A stretch of DNA of 64,000 bases from Eledone cirrhosa (taxonomy: Eukaryota): NCBI GenBank assembly GCA_964016885.1, contig OZ024740.1, positions 153,760,001-153,824,000 of the forward strand. The letters run 5' to 3'. The first letter of the stretch is position 1. Every line of letters starts with the position of its first letter. The translations under genes and the position numbers were made by a program. The notes under the pieces are model-generated. The model worked only from the letters and a program-made list of their open reading frames with translations, did not search any database and was not told where the DNA came from. Of the stretch, positions 22,951 to 36,867 are shown in pieces.

Positions 22951-23695
22951 TAACTTTTTTTTTCTTTTGTAATTTCAATATGAAAACAACTGTTTGTTAT
23001 TTTAAACCATCCTTCTGTTACAGAATTATTATTTACAATTTGTAATCCTAATGTTTTAGATTACTGACCAAAATCAGTTAGAACCAGTAATGAACGCAAT
23101 CATTTGTTAAAAATAATGTTGAAATGTTTGAGACAATGTGTTGACTAGGTGAGATATCATATCTAGAACGTTGGAATGAAAGTATACTAAAGAAAAATTC
23201 GGTGTTGTATCTTCCTCACCTAGTCAACATGTGGGGATAGCACATTCGCTCCAAAAATTATAACAAATCATTGCATTCATTACTAGTTCTAACTGATTTT
23301 GGTCCGCAATCCAAAAGATTAGGATTATAAAATAATAAATATTAATTCTGTAACAGAAGGATGGTTTAAAACAAGAAACAATTGTTTTCATATTGAAATA
23401 ACAAAACTGTAATATCAACGATAGTTTCGCTTCTTAAATAAACCACTGGCAATAAATAAATATATAAATAATGACACTACCATATACAATTTCGTAAAAA
23501 ATGAATAGTGTGAGTATTAGGGATCTATCTTCTGGTAGATTTGTGTCCCGTCATGTTGGGGACGTTGTACTTTCATTTGGTAGTAAATATTGGATAAACT
23601 ACGACCTGATTAATTTGCATATAATAAATCTGTCACTGAAGATTAATTCAATACAACAAACATTCGCTTTCCGTATATAGATGTGATAAAGCTAT

Positions 23696-23779
23696 TGCTA
23701 GAAGTGGGATTCGAACGCACGTCGGGAAGACCCGACAGCAACCTGAAAGCAGTGTTTTGGGCTACTAGGCCATCCTGAC
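23696..23779 (-). pseudogene. Degenerate inverted tRNA-Leu
   Basis: GAAGTGGGATTCGAAC...GGCCATCCTGAC on the + strand; many mismatches. Confidence 0.8.
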
Positions 23780-24413
23780 TTAGTTGGTTTAAGATGTTCG
23801 TTTTAACAAGAATTTGAAGAGGTATATTATATTGTTAACTATTCATCGTTGGTGGTGCTTTCTCTCTCTCACCCCCTCTCTCTTTCTCTCTATCCCTCTC
23901 TATCCGCCCTCTTTCTCTCTCTGTATCTCTCTCTCTATTTCTATCTCCCTATTTCTCACTTTCTCTCTCATATACACTCTCTTTATCATTCTCATCCTAA
24001 ACAACTAGAAGCGTTAGTTAATATAGGATAAGCTACGTCTTGATGAAACTCGAGGTTTCGGCGAGGATTATACTTTTTCAATATAGCCTTGATATGAAAC
24101 ACGTATATTGTTGTTCGAGTCTGTTTCTGGTCTAGGATAATTACGATATACGATCCTTCATCTGTGACCTCGGATCTTTGTATATCGATGTCAACTTTGT
24201 GCAATGGAATGTATCTACAACGGTGGATAGAAAATGAGAGGCGGGTGGCACAATGTCTCAAAATTTATTTTTACCAAGTGAGTCTGTTCATAACTAATTT
24301 GGCTTTGTAATCTGAAACATTAGGACTACAAACTTGTAAATAATATCTCTGCAATAGTATGATGGTTTAAACAAACAAACAGTTGTTTTCATTTCGAAAT
24401 ATCAAAAACGTTA

Positions 24414-24497
24414 TGTCAGAAGTGGGATTCGAACCCACGCCGGGAAAACCCGACTGCGACCTGAACGCAGCGCCTTAGACCGCTCGGCCATCCTGAC
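24414..24497 (-). tRNA. trnL-CAG: tRNA-Leu(CAG), inverted copy (TTTT loop)
   Basis: Exact reverse complement of the class A consensus; T5 downstream on minus strand. Confidence 0.93.
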
Positions 24498-25308
24498 TCA
24501 CTGATTACGAGTATAAAATTTTGAACTATAATTAGAGGAGGCATATTAAATTGTTACTTGTTTTATCATTCTTAGCGACCACTCGGGCACCCTGACTCAC
24601 TGATTACTGTTACTTGTTTTATCATTGTTAGCGATCACTCTCACTTGCTCTATCACACAGTCTCTCGTTCTATTATTCGTATTGTCTCCCTCCTCTTCCA
24701 ACGAGACACCCAATATGCAAGAGGCCTCTCAACTTGCTAGAAAGAAATAACAAGTGAATCTCCTTCAATTTTCACTCTATTTTCTTCACAAGAAGGAATA
24801 TAATAGATGGAGAAATTCAAGCAACAATATATGCTTTGAGACGGGATAAAATATCACCCGGATTATTCATAAGTATGAATTTTCATGGTGATATAAACGA
24901 CAGTTTTGCTTTTTTAATTAAACCACGAATGAGATCACAGCTTTCCCATATTGACGTGACTCAAATCCGTCGTAAAATTAATCCACAGTTACTCACTATA
25001 ATCATTTACTAAATTATATTATTATCAATTTGTTTTCAGTAGTTTATTTAAGAAGAAAAGCTATCGTTGATATCATTATGAAAATTTATACTTATTCATA
25101 ATCCGGATGATTTTATCCCGTCTCAAATTATATATCGTAGCTTGAATTCCACCATCCATTACGTTACTCCTCGTGAAGAAAATAGAGGGAGAGTTACTTG
25201 TTATTTCTTTCTAACTAGTAGAGAGACCTAATGCATACTGGGAGTCCCGAAGGGTCAGGAAGAATACGGTGAGAATAATAGAGAGAAAGAAAGAGGGAGG
25301 ATATGAAA

Positions 25309-25360
<52 letters not shown>

Positions 25361-25439
25361 TCCACCAACGATAAATCAAGTAAACAATTTAATATGCTTC
25401 GTGTAATTATTGTTAAAATGTTACTTCTAGATCCGGTAG

Positions 25440-25523
25440 GTCAGGATGTCAGAGCTCTCTAAGGTGTTGTGTACAGATCACAGTCGGGTCACCCTTGTGT
25501 GGGTTAGAATCCCACTTCTGACA
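25440..25523 (+). pseudogene. tRNA-Leu pseudogene, class C
   Basis: As 3246-3329. Confidence 0.85.
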
Positions 25524-25855
25524 TTACTTTATTGTTATTTCAATATGAAAACAAACTGTTTGTTGGTTTAAACCATCCTTCTGTTACATATATATTATTT
25601 ACTATTTTGTAATCTTACACTTTTAGATTATAAACTAAAATCAGTTTGAACCAGTTATCAAAAAGTATATGACTGTCCTAAACCTCGAGTTTCATCAAGC
25701 CGTAGCTTATCCTATATTAACCTTTCTACTTGTTTAGGATGAGAATGATAAAGTTAAAAAGTGAGAGAGTGTGAGTGACCACGAATGATAAAACAAGTAA
25801 TAATTTAATATGACTCGTCTAATTGTAGTTTAAAAGTTATCTTCGTAAACAGTAA

Positions 25856-25939
25856 GTCATGATGGCCGAGCGGTGTAAGGCGCTGCATTTAGGTCGCAGT
25901 CAGGTGATCCAGGCGTGAGTTCGAATCCTACTTCTGACA
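25856..25939 (+). pseudogene. tRNA-Leu(TAG)-like copy, class D
   Basis: As 3662-3745. Confidence 0.78.
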
Positions 25940-26528
25940 ACAGTTTGATCACATTTTAATAATATATCGAAAGTATAATCAATCTTCAGTGACAGAATTA
26001 CTATTTACAAATTTATCAGGTCGTAGTTTATTCAATATTTACTACCACACCAGAGTACAACGTTCCCATGTCGAGGGGACAGACATCCATCAGACGATAG
26101 ATCCCTACTTTCTATCAATATTCTTTTTTTTTTACAAAATTCTATAGGATGGTCTCATTATTTAATCATTTGTTACGTCCCTTTACGGTCTGAGTTCAAA
26201 TCCCGCCGAGGTTTACTTTGACTTTCATCCTTACGGGGTCGATAAAATAAAACTCCAGTAATGCACTGAGTAATTGCTGGCCTTGTGCCTAAAGTAGAAA
26301 CAGTTATTTCTTTCTAGCATGTGTAGAGACTTGTCGAAAGTGGGGTCTCGTGGTGTTAGGGGGGTACAGTGAGAATAATAGAGAGAAAGAAAGAGGGAGA
26401 TTATGAAATTGAACGAGAGACAGAGAGGGAGAGAGGGAGTGAGAGTGATCATTACCAATGATAAAGTAATTAACAATTTAATATGCCTCATCTAATTATA
26501 GTTTAAAAGGTACCTTCATAATCAGTAA

Positions 26529-26612
26529 GTCAGGATGGCCGAGCGGTCTAAGGCGCTGCGTTCAGGTCGCAGTCGGGTTTTCCCGGCGTGGGTTCAAATC
26601 CCACTTCTGACA
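26529..26612 (+). tRNA. trnL-CAG: tRNA-Leu(CAG), class A
   Basis: Full length; T-loop TTCAAAT (tolerated purine change). Confidence 0.9.
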
Positions 26613-26688
26613 TTACATTTTTGTTATTTCAATACAAACTGATGGTTTAAACCACCCTTATCTTACAGATTCATTATTTACAATTTAG

Positions 26689-26872
26689 GGCGGTGGATTG
26701 GCAGTATCGGTAGAGGGTCGGATGCCATGCTTTCCAGCATAGTTACGCCCCTTTACGGTCTGAGTTCAAATCCAGCCGAGGTTCACTTTGCCTTTCAACC
26801 TTACGGGGTCGATAAAATAAAGTACCAGTAATGTACTGGCTAATTGCTGACTTTGTGCCAAAAGTAGAAACA
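26689..26872 (+). mobile_element. SINE (same site, 5' end GGCGGTGG)
   Basis: As 473-652. Confidence 0.85.
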
Positions 26873-27320
26873 ATTATTTACAATTTGGTAGTCAAACAGT
26901 TTTAGATTGTAAACCTAAATCAGTTAGAAGCAGTTATGAATGCATTCAGTTGTTAAAGATAATGTTTTATCGTTTTTAGTCAATGTACTATCACTTAACG
27001 TTACTAGGTGCCTTGCACAAAGTTAACTTTCGATATACAAAGATACGTACAGGTCACAGCTGGAGGATATTGTATTGTAACTATTCTAGACCGGAGATGG
27101 ACGTTACTGGACACAAAGAAATTACAATATACGTGTTTCATGATTTCACAAATATATTTAAAATGTTTAAGTCTATTTCAAACTTAAAGTTTCATCAAGC
27201 CCAAGCTTATCCTATATTAACTAACGTTACGTAAATGAGATTACAACATTCCCATCTTGACGAGACTCAAATCCGTCGGGAAATTAAGCCTCAGTTACTG
27301 CCAGTATAATTTGTTTACTA

Positions 27321-27372
27321 AAGGCGCTGCGTTCAGATCGCAGTCTTCTCGGTTCGAATCCCACTTCTGACA
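27321..27372 (+). pseudogene. tRNA-Leu fragment, class E
   Basis: Same as 1101-1152. Confidence 0.85.
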
Positions 27373-27755
27373 ACAATATTATCACATATAAATACGATAT
27401 CAAAAGTATGATGTCTTAAACCAATCTTCAATAGCAGAATTACTATTTACAAATTCACCAGGTCGTAGTTTATCCAATATTTACTATTAAATGAAAGTAC
27501 AACGTTCCCATCTTGACGGGACACAAATCCATCAGAAGATAGATCCCTACTTTCTCTCAATATTCGTTTTTTTAACAAATTTTTTTGACGATGGTGTGAT
27601 TATTTATTTATTTGTTTATTTATGTGTTTATTTATTTTCATTAGTTTATTTAAGGGGCGAACCTATCGTTGATATCACTATGATAATTCATATTGTTATC
27701 ACTATGATAATTCATATTGATATCACTATGAAAATTCATACTTATTTAGTAATCT

Positions 27756-27803
<48 letters not shown>

Positions 27804-27954
27804 GAGAGAAACAGAGATTTAGAAATATAGAGAGAGATACAGAGAGAGAGAAAGAGAGAGTGAGAGAGAGTAATAGGGAGAAAGAGAGTGGGGAATGGAG
27901 AAAGAGAAATAGAGAGAGAGAGAGAGAAAGAGGGAGACAGATAGATAGATAGAC

Positions 27955-27986
<32 letters not shown>

Positions 27987-28131
27987 AAAGAGAGAGAGGG
28001 AGAGAGAGAGAGATAGATAGTTAGAGAGAGAGAGACAAAGAGAGGCAGAGGGAAACCACTACCCACGATAAATAGTTAATAAAAGATGCCTTGTCTAATT
28101 ATTGTTAAAATGTTCTCCTCGAAGCTGGTGA

Positions 28132-28215
28132 GTCAGGATGGCCGAGCGGTCTAAGGCGCTGCGTTCAGGTCGCAGTCGGGTCTTCCCGGCGTGGGTTCAA
28201 ATCCCACTTCTGACA
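28132..28215 (+). tRNA. trnL-CAG: tRNA-Leu(CAG), class B
   Basis: Full length; T-loop TTCAAAT. Confidence 0.9.
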
Positions 28216-28626
28216 ATACAGTTTTGTTACTTCAATATGAAAACAACTGTTTGTTGTTTTAAACTATCCTTCTGTTAGAGAATTATCATTTAATTTTATA
28301 ACCCTAATGTTTTAGATTGCAGATCAAAATCAGTTAGAACCAGTAATGAAACAAATCATTTGTTAAAAATAATGTTAAGAATGAGGAATATAATAGATGG
28401 AGGAATTCTAGCAACAATATATGATTTGAGACGGGATAAAACATCACCCGGATTATTCATAAGTATGAATTTTCAAAGTGATATAAACGATAGTTTTGCT
28501 TCTTAAATAAACCACGAATGAGATTACAACATTCCCATCTTGACGTGTCTCAAATCCGTCGTAAAATTAATCCACAGTTACTCTCAATTACTTATCTTTT
28601 ACTGAACGATATACGACTGCATTATT

Positions 28627-28807
28627 GGTGGATTGGCAGTATCGGTGGAGGGTCGGATGCCATGCTTTCCAGCATAGTTACGTCCCTTTACGATCTGAGT
28701 TCAAATCATGCCGAGATTGACTTTGCCTTTCATCCATACGGGGTCGATAAAATAAAGTACCAGTAATGCACTGGGTAATTGCTGGCCGTGTGCCTAAAGT
28801 AGAAACA
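28627..28807 (+). mobile_element. SINE, independent insertion in an (ATT)n tract
   Basis: Absent at paralogous sites near 2700, 6750 and 10460. Confidence 0.88.
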
Positions 28808-29151
28808 ATTATTATTATCATTATTTATTATTATCAAATCTATTGTTGATATCATTAAAAAAATTTATAATTATTAATATTTCGGATGATTTTATCCCGT
28901 CTCAAAGAATATATCGTAGCTTGAATTCCGCCATCCATTACGTTACTCCTTGTGAAGAAAATAGGAGAGTTGCTTGTTATTTCTTTCTAGCTAGTAGAGA
29001 GACCTAATGCATAGTGGGTGTCCCGTGGGGTCAGGGAGAATACGGTGAGAATAATAGAGAGAAAGAAAGAGGGAGGATATGAGATTTAGAGGGAGAGAGA
29101 GAGAGAGAGAGAGGGAGAAAGAGAGAGAGAGAGTGAGAGAGAGAGAGAGAG

Positions 29152-29182
<31 letters not shown>

Positions 29183-29265
29183 AATCTCCACCAACGATAA
29201 ATCAGGTGAACAATTTAATATGCTACGTCTAATTATTGTTAAAATGTTACTTCTAGATCCGCTAG

Positions 29266-29349
29266 GTCAGGATGTCAGAGCTCTCTAAGGTGTTGTGTTC
29301 AGATCACAGTCGGGTCTCCCTTCCGTGGGTTAGAATCCTACTTCAGACA
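29266..29349 (+). pseudogene. tRNA-Leu pseudogene, class C
   Basis: As 3246-3329. Confidence 0.85.
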
Positions 29350-29682
29350 TTACTTTATCGTTATTTCAATATGAAACCAAACTGTTTGTTTGGTTAAAAC
29401 CATCCTTCTGTTACAGATATATTATTTACTATTTTGTAATCTTACAATTTTAGATTATAAACTAAAATCAGTTTGAACCAGTTATCAAAAAGTATATGAC
29501 TGTCCTAAACCTCGAGTTTCATCAAGCCGTAGCTTATTCTATATTAACCTTTCTACTTGTTTAGGATGAGAATGATAAAGTTAAAAAGTGAGTGCGTGTG
29601 AGTGACCACGAATGATAAAGCAAGTAATAATTTAATATGACTCGTCTAATTGTAGTTTAAAAGTTATCTTCGTAAACAGTAA

Positions 29683-29766
29683 GTCAAGATGGCCGAGCGG
29701 TGTATAGCGCTGCGTTTAGGTCGCAGTCAGGTGTTCCCGACGTGAGTTCGAATCCCACTTCTGACA
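29683..29766 (+). pseudogene. tRNA-Leu(TAG)-like copy, class D
   Basis: As 3662-3745. Confidence 0.75.
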
Positions 29767-30380
29767 ACAGTTTTATCTATGTTGTATTAAACCAATCAAT
29801 CTTCAGTGACAGAATTAATCAGGTTTATTCAATATTCACTACCAAATCAGACGATAGATCCCTACTTTCTATCAATATTCGTTTTTTTTACGAAATTCTA
29901 TAGAATGGTGTCATTATGTATTCATTTGTTTACTTATGTGTTTATTTTCATTGGTTTATTTCAGAAGCGAAACTATCGTTGATATCACATCTCAAATTCA
30001 TATTGATATCACTATGATAATTGATATTGATATCACTATGATATTTGATATTGATATCACTATGATAATTCATATTGATATGACTGATAATTCATACTTA
30101 TTTAATCCTCCGTGAGAAAGAGAGAGAAACAGAGACAAAGAAATATATAGAGAGAGACGGAGAGAGAGAAAGAGAGGGGGAGAGAGTGAGAGAGTGAGAA
30201 ATAGAGAGAGAGAAATAGAAAGAGAGAGAAAGTAAGAGAGTGAGAAAAAGAGAAAGATAGAGAAAGTAAGAGAGTGAGAAAAAGAGAAAGAGAGAAAGAG
30301 AGAGAAAGCACCACCAACGATAAATAGTTAATAAAATATGCATTGTCTAATTATTAAAACTTTTTTACGGAGCCTATTAA

Positions 30381-30462
30381 GTCAGGATGGCCAAGTAGTC
30401 TTGGGCGCTGCGTTCAGGTCGCAATCGGGTGTCCCGCGTGGGATCGAATCCCACCCTTGACA
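30381..30462 (+). pseudogene. tRNA-Leu(CAG) pseudogene, class F2
   Basis: Same as 22869-22950. Confidence 0.8.
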
Positions 30463-31211
30463 TAACTTTTTTTTTCTTTTGTAATTTCAATATGAAAACA
30501 ACTGTTTGTTATTTTAAACCATCCTTCTGTTACAGAATTATTATTTACAATTTGTAATCCTAATGTTTTAGATTACTGACCAAAATCAGTTAGAACCAGT
30601 AATGAACGCAATCATTTGTTAAAAATAATGTTGAAATGTTTGAGACAATGTGTTGACTAGGTGAGATATCATATCTAGAACGTTGGAATGAAAGTATACT
30701 AAAGAAAAATTCGGTGTTGTATCTTCCTCACCTAGTCAACATGTGGGGATAGCACATTCGCTCCAAAAATTATAACAAATCATTGCGTTCATTACTAGTT
30801 CTAACTGATTTTGGTCCGCAATCCAAAAGATTAGGATTATAAAATAATAAATATTAATTCTGTAACAGAAGGATGGTTTAAAACAAGAAACAATTGTTTT
30901 CATATTGAAATAACAAAACTGTAATATCAACGATAGTTTCGCTTCTTAAATAAACCACTGGCAATAAATAAATAAATATATAAATAATGACACTACCATA
31001 TACAATTTCGTAAAAAATGAATAGTGTGAGTATTAGGGATCTATCTTCTGGTAGATTTGTGTCCCGTCATGTTGGGGACGTTGTACTTTCATTTGGTAGT
31101 AAATATTGGATAAACTACGACCTGATTAATTTGCATATAATAAATCTGTCACTGAAGATTAATTCAATACAACAAACATTCGCTTTCCGTATATAGATGT
31201 GATAAAGCTAT

Positions 31212-31295
31212 TGCTAGAAGTGGGATTCGAACGCACGTCGGGAAGACCCGACAGCAACCTGAAAGCAGTGTTTTGGGCTACTAGGCCATCCTGAC
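31212..31295 (-). pseudogene. Degenerate inverted tRNA-Leu
   Basis: Same as 23696-23779. Confidence 0.8.
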
Positions 31296-31929
31296 TTAGT
31301 TGGTTTAAGATGTTCGTTTTAACAAGAATTTGAAGAGGTATATTATATTGTTAACTATTCATCGTTGGTGGTGCTTTCTCTCTCTCACCCCCTCTCTCTT
31401 TCTCTCTATCCCTCTCTATCCGCCCTCTTTCTCTCTCTGTATCTCTCTCTCTATTTCTATCTCCCTATTTCTCACTTTCTCTCTCATATACACTCTCTTT
31501 ATCATTCTCATCCTAAACAACTAGAAGCGTTAGTTAATATAGGATAAGCTACGTCTTGATGAAACTCGAGGTTTCGGCGAGGATTATACTTTTTCAATAT
31601 AGCCTTGATATGAAACACGTATATTGTTGTTCGAGTCTGTTTCTGGTCTAGGATAATTACGATATACGATCCTTCATCTGTGACCTCGGATCTTTGTATA
31701 TCGATGTCAACTTTGTGCAATGGAATGTATCTACAACGGTGGATAGAAAATGAGAGGCGGGTGGCACAATGTCTCAAAATTTATTTTTACCAAGTGAGTC
31801 TGTTCATAACTAATTTGGCTTTGTAATCTGAAACATTAGGACTACAAACTTGTAAATAATATCTCTGCAATAGTATGATGGTTTAAACAAACAAACAGTT
31901 GTTTTCATTTCGAAATATCAAAAACGTTA

Positions 31930-32013
31930 TGTCAGAAGTGGGATTCGAACCCACGCCGGGAAAACCCGACTGCGACCTGAACGCAGCGCCTTAGACCGCT
32001 CGGCCATCCTGAC
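31930..32013 (-). tRNA. trnL-CAG: tRNA-Leu(CAG), inverted copy
   Basis: Same sequence as 24414-24497. Confidence 0.93.
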
Positions 32014-32824
32014 TCACTGATTACGAGTATAAAATTTTGAACTATAATTAGAGGAGGCATATTAAATTGTTACTTGTTTTATCATTCTTAGCGACCACTC
32101 GGGCACCCTGACTCACTGATTACTGTTACTTGTTTTATCATTGTTAGCGATCACTCTCACTTGCTCTATCACACAGTCTCTCGTTCTATTATTCGTATTG
32201 TCTCCCTCCTCTTCCAACGAGACACCCAATATGCAAGAGGCCTCTCAACTTGCTAGAAAGAAATAACAAGTGAATCTCCTTCAATTTTCACTCTATTTTC
32301 TTCACAAGAAGGAATATAATAGATGGAGAAATTCAAGCAACAATATATGCTTTGAGACGGGATAAAATATCACCCGGATTATTCATAAGTATGAATTTTC
32401 ATGGTGATATAAACGACAGTTTTGCTTTTTTAATTAAACCACGAATGAGATCACAGCTTTCCCATATTGACGTGACTCAAATCCGTCGTAAAATTAATCC
32501 ACAGTTACTCACTATAATCATTTACTAAATTATATTATTATCAATTTGTTTTCAGTAGTTTATTTAAGAAGAAAAGCTATCGTTGATATCATTATGAAAA
32601 TTTATACTTATTCATAATCCGGATGATTTTATCCCGTCTCAAATTATATATCGTAGCTTGAATTCCACCATCCATTACGTTACTCCTCGTGAAGAAAATA
32701 GAGGGAGAGTTACTTGTTATTTCTTTCTAACTAGTAGAGAGACCTAATGCATACTGGGAGTCCCGAAGGGTCAGGAAGAATACGGTGAGAATAATAGAGA
32801 GAAAGAAAGAGGGAGGATATGAAA

Positions 32825-32876
<52 letters not shown>

Positions 32877-32955
32877 TCCACCAACGATAAATCAAGTAAA
32901 CAATTTAATATGCTTCGTGTAATTATTGTTAAAATGTTACTTCTAGATCCGGTAG

Positions 32956-33039
32956 GTCAGGATGTCAGAGCTCTCTAAGGTGTTGTGTACAGATCACAGT
33001 CGGGTCACCCTTGTGTGGGTTAGAATCCCACTTCTGACA
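32956..33039 (+). pseudogene. tRNA-Leu pseudogene, class C
   Basis: As 25440-25523. Confidence 0.85.
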
Positions 33040-33371
33040 TTACTTTATTGTTATTTCAATATGAAAACAAACTGTTTGTTGGTTTAAACCATCCTTCTGT
33101 TACATATATATTATTTACTATTTTGTAATCTTACACTTTTAGATTATAAACTAAAATCAGTTTGAACCAGTTATCAAAAAGTATATGACTGTCCTAAACC
33201 TCGAGTTTCATCAAGCCGTAGCTTATCCTATATTAACCTTTCTACTTGTTTAGGATGAGAATGATAAAGTTAAAAAGTGAGAGAGTGTGAGTGACCACGA
33301 ATGATAAAACAAGTAATAATTTAATATGACTCGTCTAATTGTAGTTTAAAAGTTATCTTCGTAAACAGTAA

Positions 33372-33455
33372 GTCATGATGGCCGAGCGGTGTAAGGCGCT
33401 GCATTTAGGTCGCAGTCAGGTGATCCAGGCGTGAGTTCGAATCCTACTTCTGACA
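33372..33455 (+). pseudogene. tRNA-Leu(TAG)-like copy, class D
   Basis: As 25856-25939. Confidence 0.78.
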
Positions 33456-34044
33456 ACAGTTTGATCACATTTTAATAATATATCGAAAGTATAATCAATC
33501 TTCAGTGACAGAATTACTATTTACAAATTTATCAGGTCGTAGTTTATTCAATATTTACTACCACACCAGAGTACAACGTTCCCATGTCGAGGGGACAGAC
33601 ATCCATCAGACGATAGATCCCTACTTTCTATCAATATTCTTTTTTTTTTACAAAATTCTATAGGATGGTCTCATTATTTAATCATTTGTTACGTCCCTTT
33701 ACGGTCTGAGTTCAAATCCCGCCGAGGTTTACTTTGACTTTCATCCTTACGGGGTCGATAAAATAAAACTCCAGTAATGCACTGAGTAATTGCTGGCCTT
33801 GTGCCTAAAGTAGAAACAGTTATTTCTTTCTAGCATGTGTAGAGACTTGTCGAAAGTGGGGTCTCGTGGTGTTAGGGGGGTACAGTGAGAATAATAGAGA
33901 GAAAGAAAGAGGGAGATTATGAAATTGAACGAGAGACAGAGAGGGAGAGAGGGAGTGAGAGTGATCATTACCAATGATAAAGTAATTAACAATTTAATAT
34001 GCCTCATCTAATTATAGTTTAAAAGGTACCTTCATAATCAGTAA

Positions 34045-34128
34045 GTCAGGATGGCCGAGCGGTCTAAGGCGCTGCGTTCAGGTCGCAGTCGGGTTTTCCC
34101 GGCGTGGGTTCAAATCCCACTTCTGACA
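34045..34128 (+). tRNA. trnL-CAG: tRNA-Leu(CAG), class A
   Basis: Same sequence as 26529-26612. Confidence 0.9.
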
Positions 34129-34204
34129 TTACATTTTTGTTATTTCAATACAAACTGATGGTTTAAACCACCCTTATCTTACAGATTCATTATTTACAAT
34201 TTAG

Positions 34205-34388
34205 GGCGGTGGATTGGCAGTATCGGTAGAGGGTCGGATGCCATGCTTTCCAGCATAGTTACGCCCCTTTACGGTCTGAGTTCAAATCCAGCCGAGGTTC
34301 ACTTTGCCTTTCAACCTTACGGGGTCGATAAAATAAAGTACCAGTAATGTACTGGCTAATTGCTGACTTTGTGCCAAAAGTAGAAACA
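34205..34388 (+). mobile_element. SINE (same site)
   Basis: As 26689-26872. Confidence 0.85.
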
Positions 34389-34836
34389 ATTATTTACAAT
34401 TTGGTAGTCAAACAGTTTTAGATTGTAAACCTAAATCAGTTAGAAGCAGTTATGAATGCATTCAGTTGTTAAAGATAATGTTTTATCGTTTTTAGTCAAT
34501 GTACTATCACTTAACGTTACTAGGTGCCTTGCACAAAGTTAACTTTCGATATACAAAGATACGTACAGGTCACAGCTGGAGGATATTGTATTGTAACTAT
34601 TCTAGACCGGAGATGGACGTTACTGGACACAAAGAAATTACAATATACGTGTTTCATGATTTCACAAATATATTTAAAATGTTTAAGTCTATTTCAAACT
34701 TAAAGTTTCATCAAGCCCAAGCTTATCCTATATTAACTAACGTTACGTAAATGAGATTACAACATTCCCATCTTGACGAGACTCAAATCCGTCGGGAAAT
34801 TAAGCCTCAGTTACTGCCAGTATAATTTGTTTACTA

Positions 34837-34888
34837 AAGGCGCTGCGTTCAGATCGCAGTCTTCTCGGTTCGAATCCCACTTCTGACA
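34837..34888 (+). pseudogene. tRNA-Leu fragment, class E
   Basis: Same as 1101-1152. Confidence 0.85.
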
Positions 34889-35271
34889 ACAATATTATCA
34901 CATATAAATACGATATCAAAAGTATGATGTCTTAAACCAATCTTCAATAGCAGAATTACTATTTACAAATTCACCAGGTCGTAGTTTATCCAATATTTAC
35001 TATTAAATGAAAGTACAACGTTCCCATCTTGACGGGACACAAATCCATCAGAAGATAGATCCCTACTTTCTCTCAATATTCGTTTTTTTAACAAATTTTT
35101 TTGACGATGGTGTGATTATTTATTTATTTGTTTATTTATGTGTTTATTTATTTTCATTAGTTTATTTAAGGGGCGAACCTATCGTTGATATCACTATGAT
35201 AATTCATATTGTTATCACTATGATAATTCATATTGATATCACTATGAAAATTCATACTTATTTAGTAATCT

Positions 35272-35321
<50 letters not shown>

Positions 35322-35472
35322 GAGAGAAACAGAGATTTAGAAATATAGAGAGAGATACAGAGAGAGAGAAAGAGAGAGTGAGAGAGAGTAATAGGGAGAA
35401 AGAGAGTGGGGAATGGAGAAAGAGAAATAGAGAGAGAGAGAGAGAAAGAGGGAGACAGATAGATAGATAGAC

Positions 35473-35504
<32 letters not shown>

Positions 35505-35649
35505 AAAGAGAGAGAGGGAGAGAGAGAGAGATAGATAGTTAGAGAGAGAGAGACAAAGAGAGGCAGAGGGAAACCACTACCCACGATAAATAGTTAATAA
35601 AAGATGCCTTGTCTAATTATTGTTAAAATGTTCTCCTCGAAGCTGGTGA

Positions 35650-35733
35650 GTCAGGATGGCCGAGCGGTCTAAGGCGCTGCGTTCAGGTCGCAGTCGGGTC
35701 TTCCCGGCGTGGGTTCAAATCCCACTTCTGACA
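35650..35733 (+). tRNA. trnL-CAG: tRNA-Leu(CAG), class B
   Basis: Same sequence as 28132-28215. Confidence 0.9.
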
Positions 35734-36144
35734 ATACAGTTTTGTTACTTCAATATGAAAACAACTGTTTGTTGTTTTAAACTATCCTTCTGTTAGAGAA
35801 TTATCATTTAATTTTATAACCCTAATGTTTTAGATTGCAGATCAAAATCAGTTAGAACCAGTAATGAAACAAATCATTTGTTAAAAATAATGTTAAGAAT
35901 GAGGAATATAATAGATGGAGGAATTCTAGCAACAATATATGATTTGAGACGGGATAAAACATCACCCGGATTATTCATAAGTATGAATTTTCAAAGTGAT
36001 ATAAACGATAGTTTTGCTTCTTAAATAAACCACGAATGAGATTACAACATTCCCATCTTGACGTGTCTCAAATCCGTCGTAAAATTAATCCACAGTTACT
36101 CTCAATTACTTATCTTTTACTGAACGATATACGACTGCATTATT

Positions 36145-36325
36145 GGTGGATTGGCAGTATCGGTGGAGGGTCGGATGCCATGCTTTCCAGCATAGTTACG
36201 TCCCTTTACGATCTGAGTTCAAATCATGCCGAGATTGACTTTGCCTTTCATCCATACGGGGTCGATAAAATAAAGTACCAGTAATGCACTGGGTAATTGC
36301 TGGCCGTGTGCCTAAAGTAGAAACA
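36145..36325 (+). mobile_element. SINE (duplicate of 28627-28807)
   Basis: Same junctions. Confidence 0.88.
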
Positions 36326-36669
36326 ATTATTATTATCATTATTTATTATTATCAAATCTATTGTTGATATCATTAAAAAAATTTATAATTATTAATATTT
36401 CGGATGATTTTATCCCGTCTCAAAGAATATATCGTAGCTTGAATTCCGCCATCCATTACGTTACTCCTTGTGAAGAAAATAGGAGAGTTGCTTGTTATTT
36501 CTTTCTAGCTAGTAGAGAGACCTAATGCATAGTGGGTGTCCCGTGGGGTCAGGGAGAATACGGTGAGAATAATAGAGAGAAAGAAAGAGGGAGGATATGA
36601 GATTTAGAGGGAGAGAGAGAGAGAGAGAGAGGGAGAAAGAGAGAGAGAGAGTGAGAGAGAGAGAGAGAG

Positions 36670-36700
<31 letters not shown>

Positions 36701-36783
36701 AATCTCCACCAACGATAAATCAGGTGAACAATTTAATATGCTACGTCTAATTATTGTTAAAATGTTACTTCTAGATCCGCTAG

Positions 36784-36867
36784 GTCAGGATGTCAGAGCT
36801 CTCTAAGGTGTTGTGTTCAGATCACAGTCGGGTCTCCCTTCCGTGGGTTAGAATCCTACTTCAGACA
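36784..36867 (+). pseudogene. tRNA-Leu pseudogene, class C
   Basis: As 29266-29349. Confidence 0.85.
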
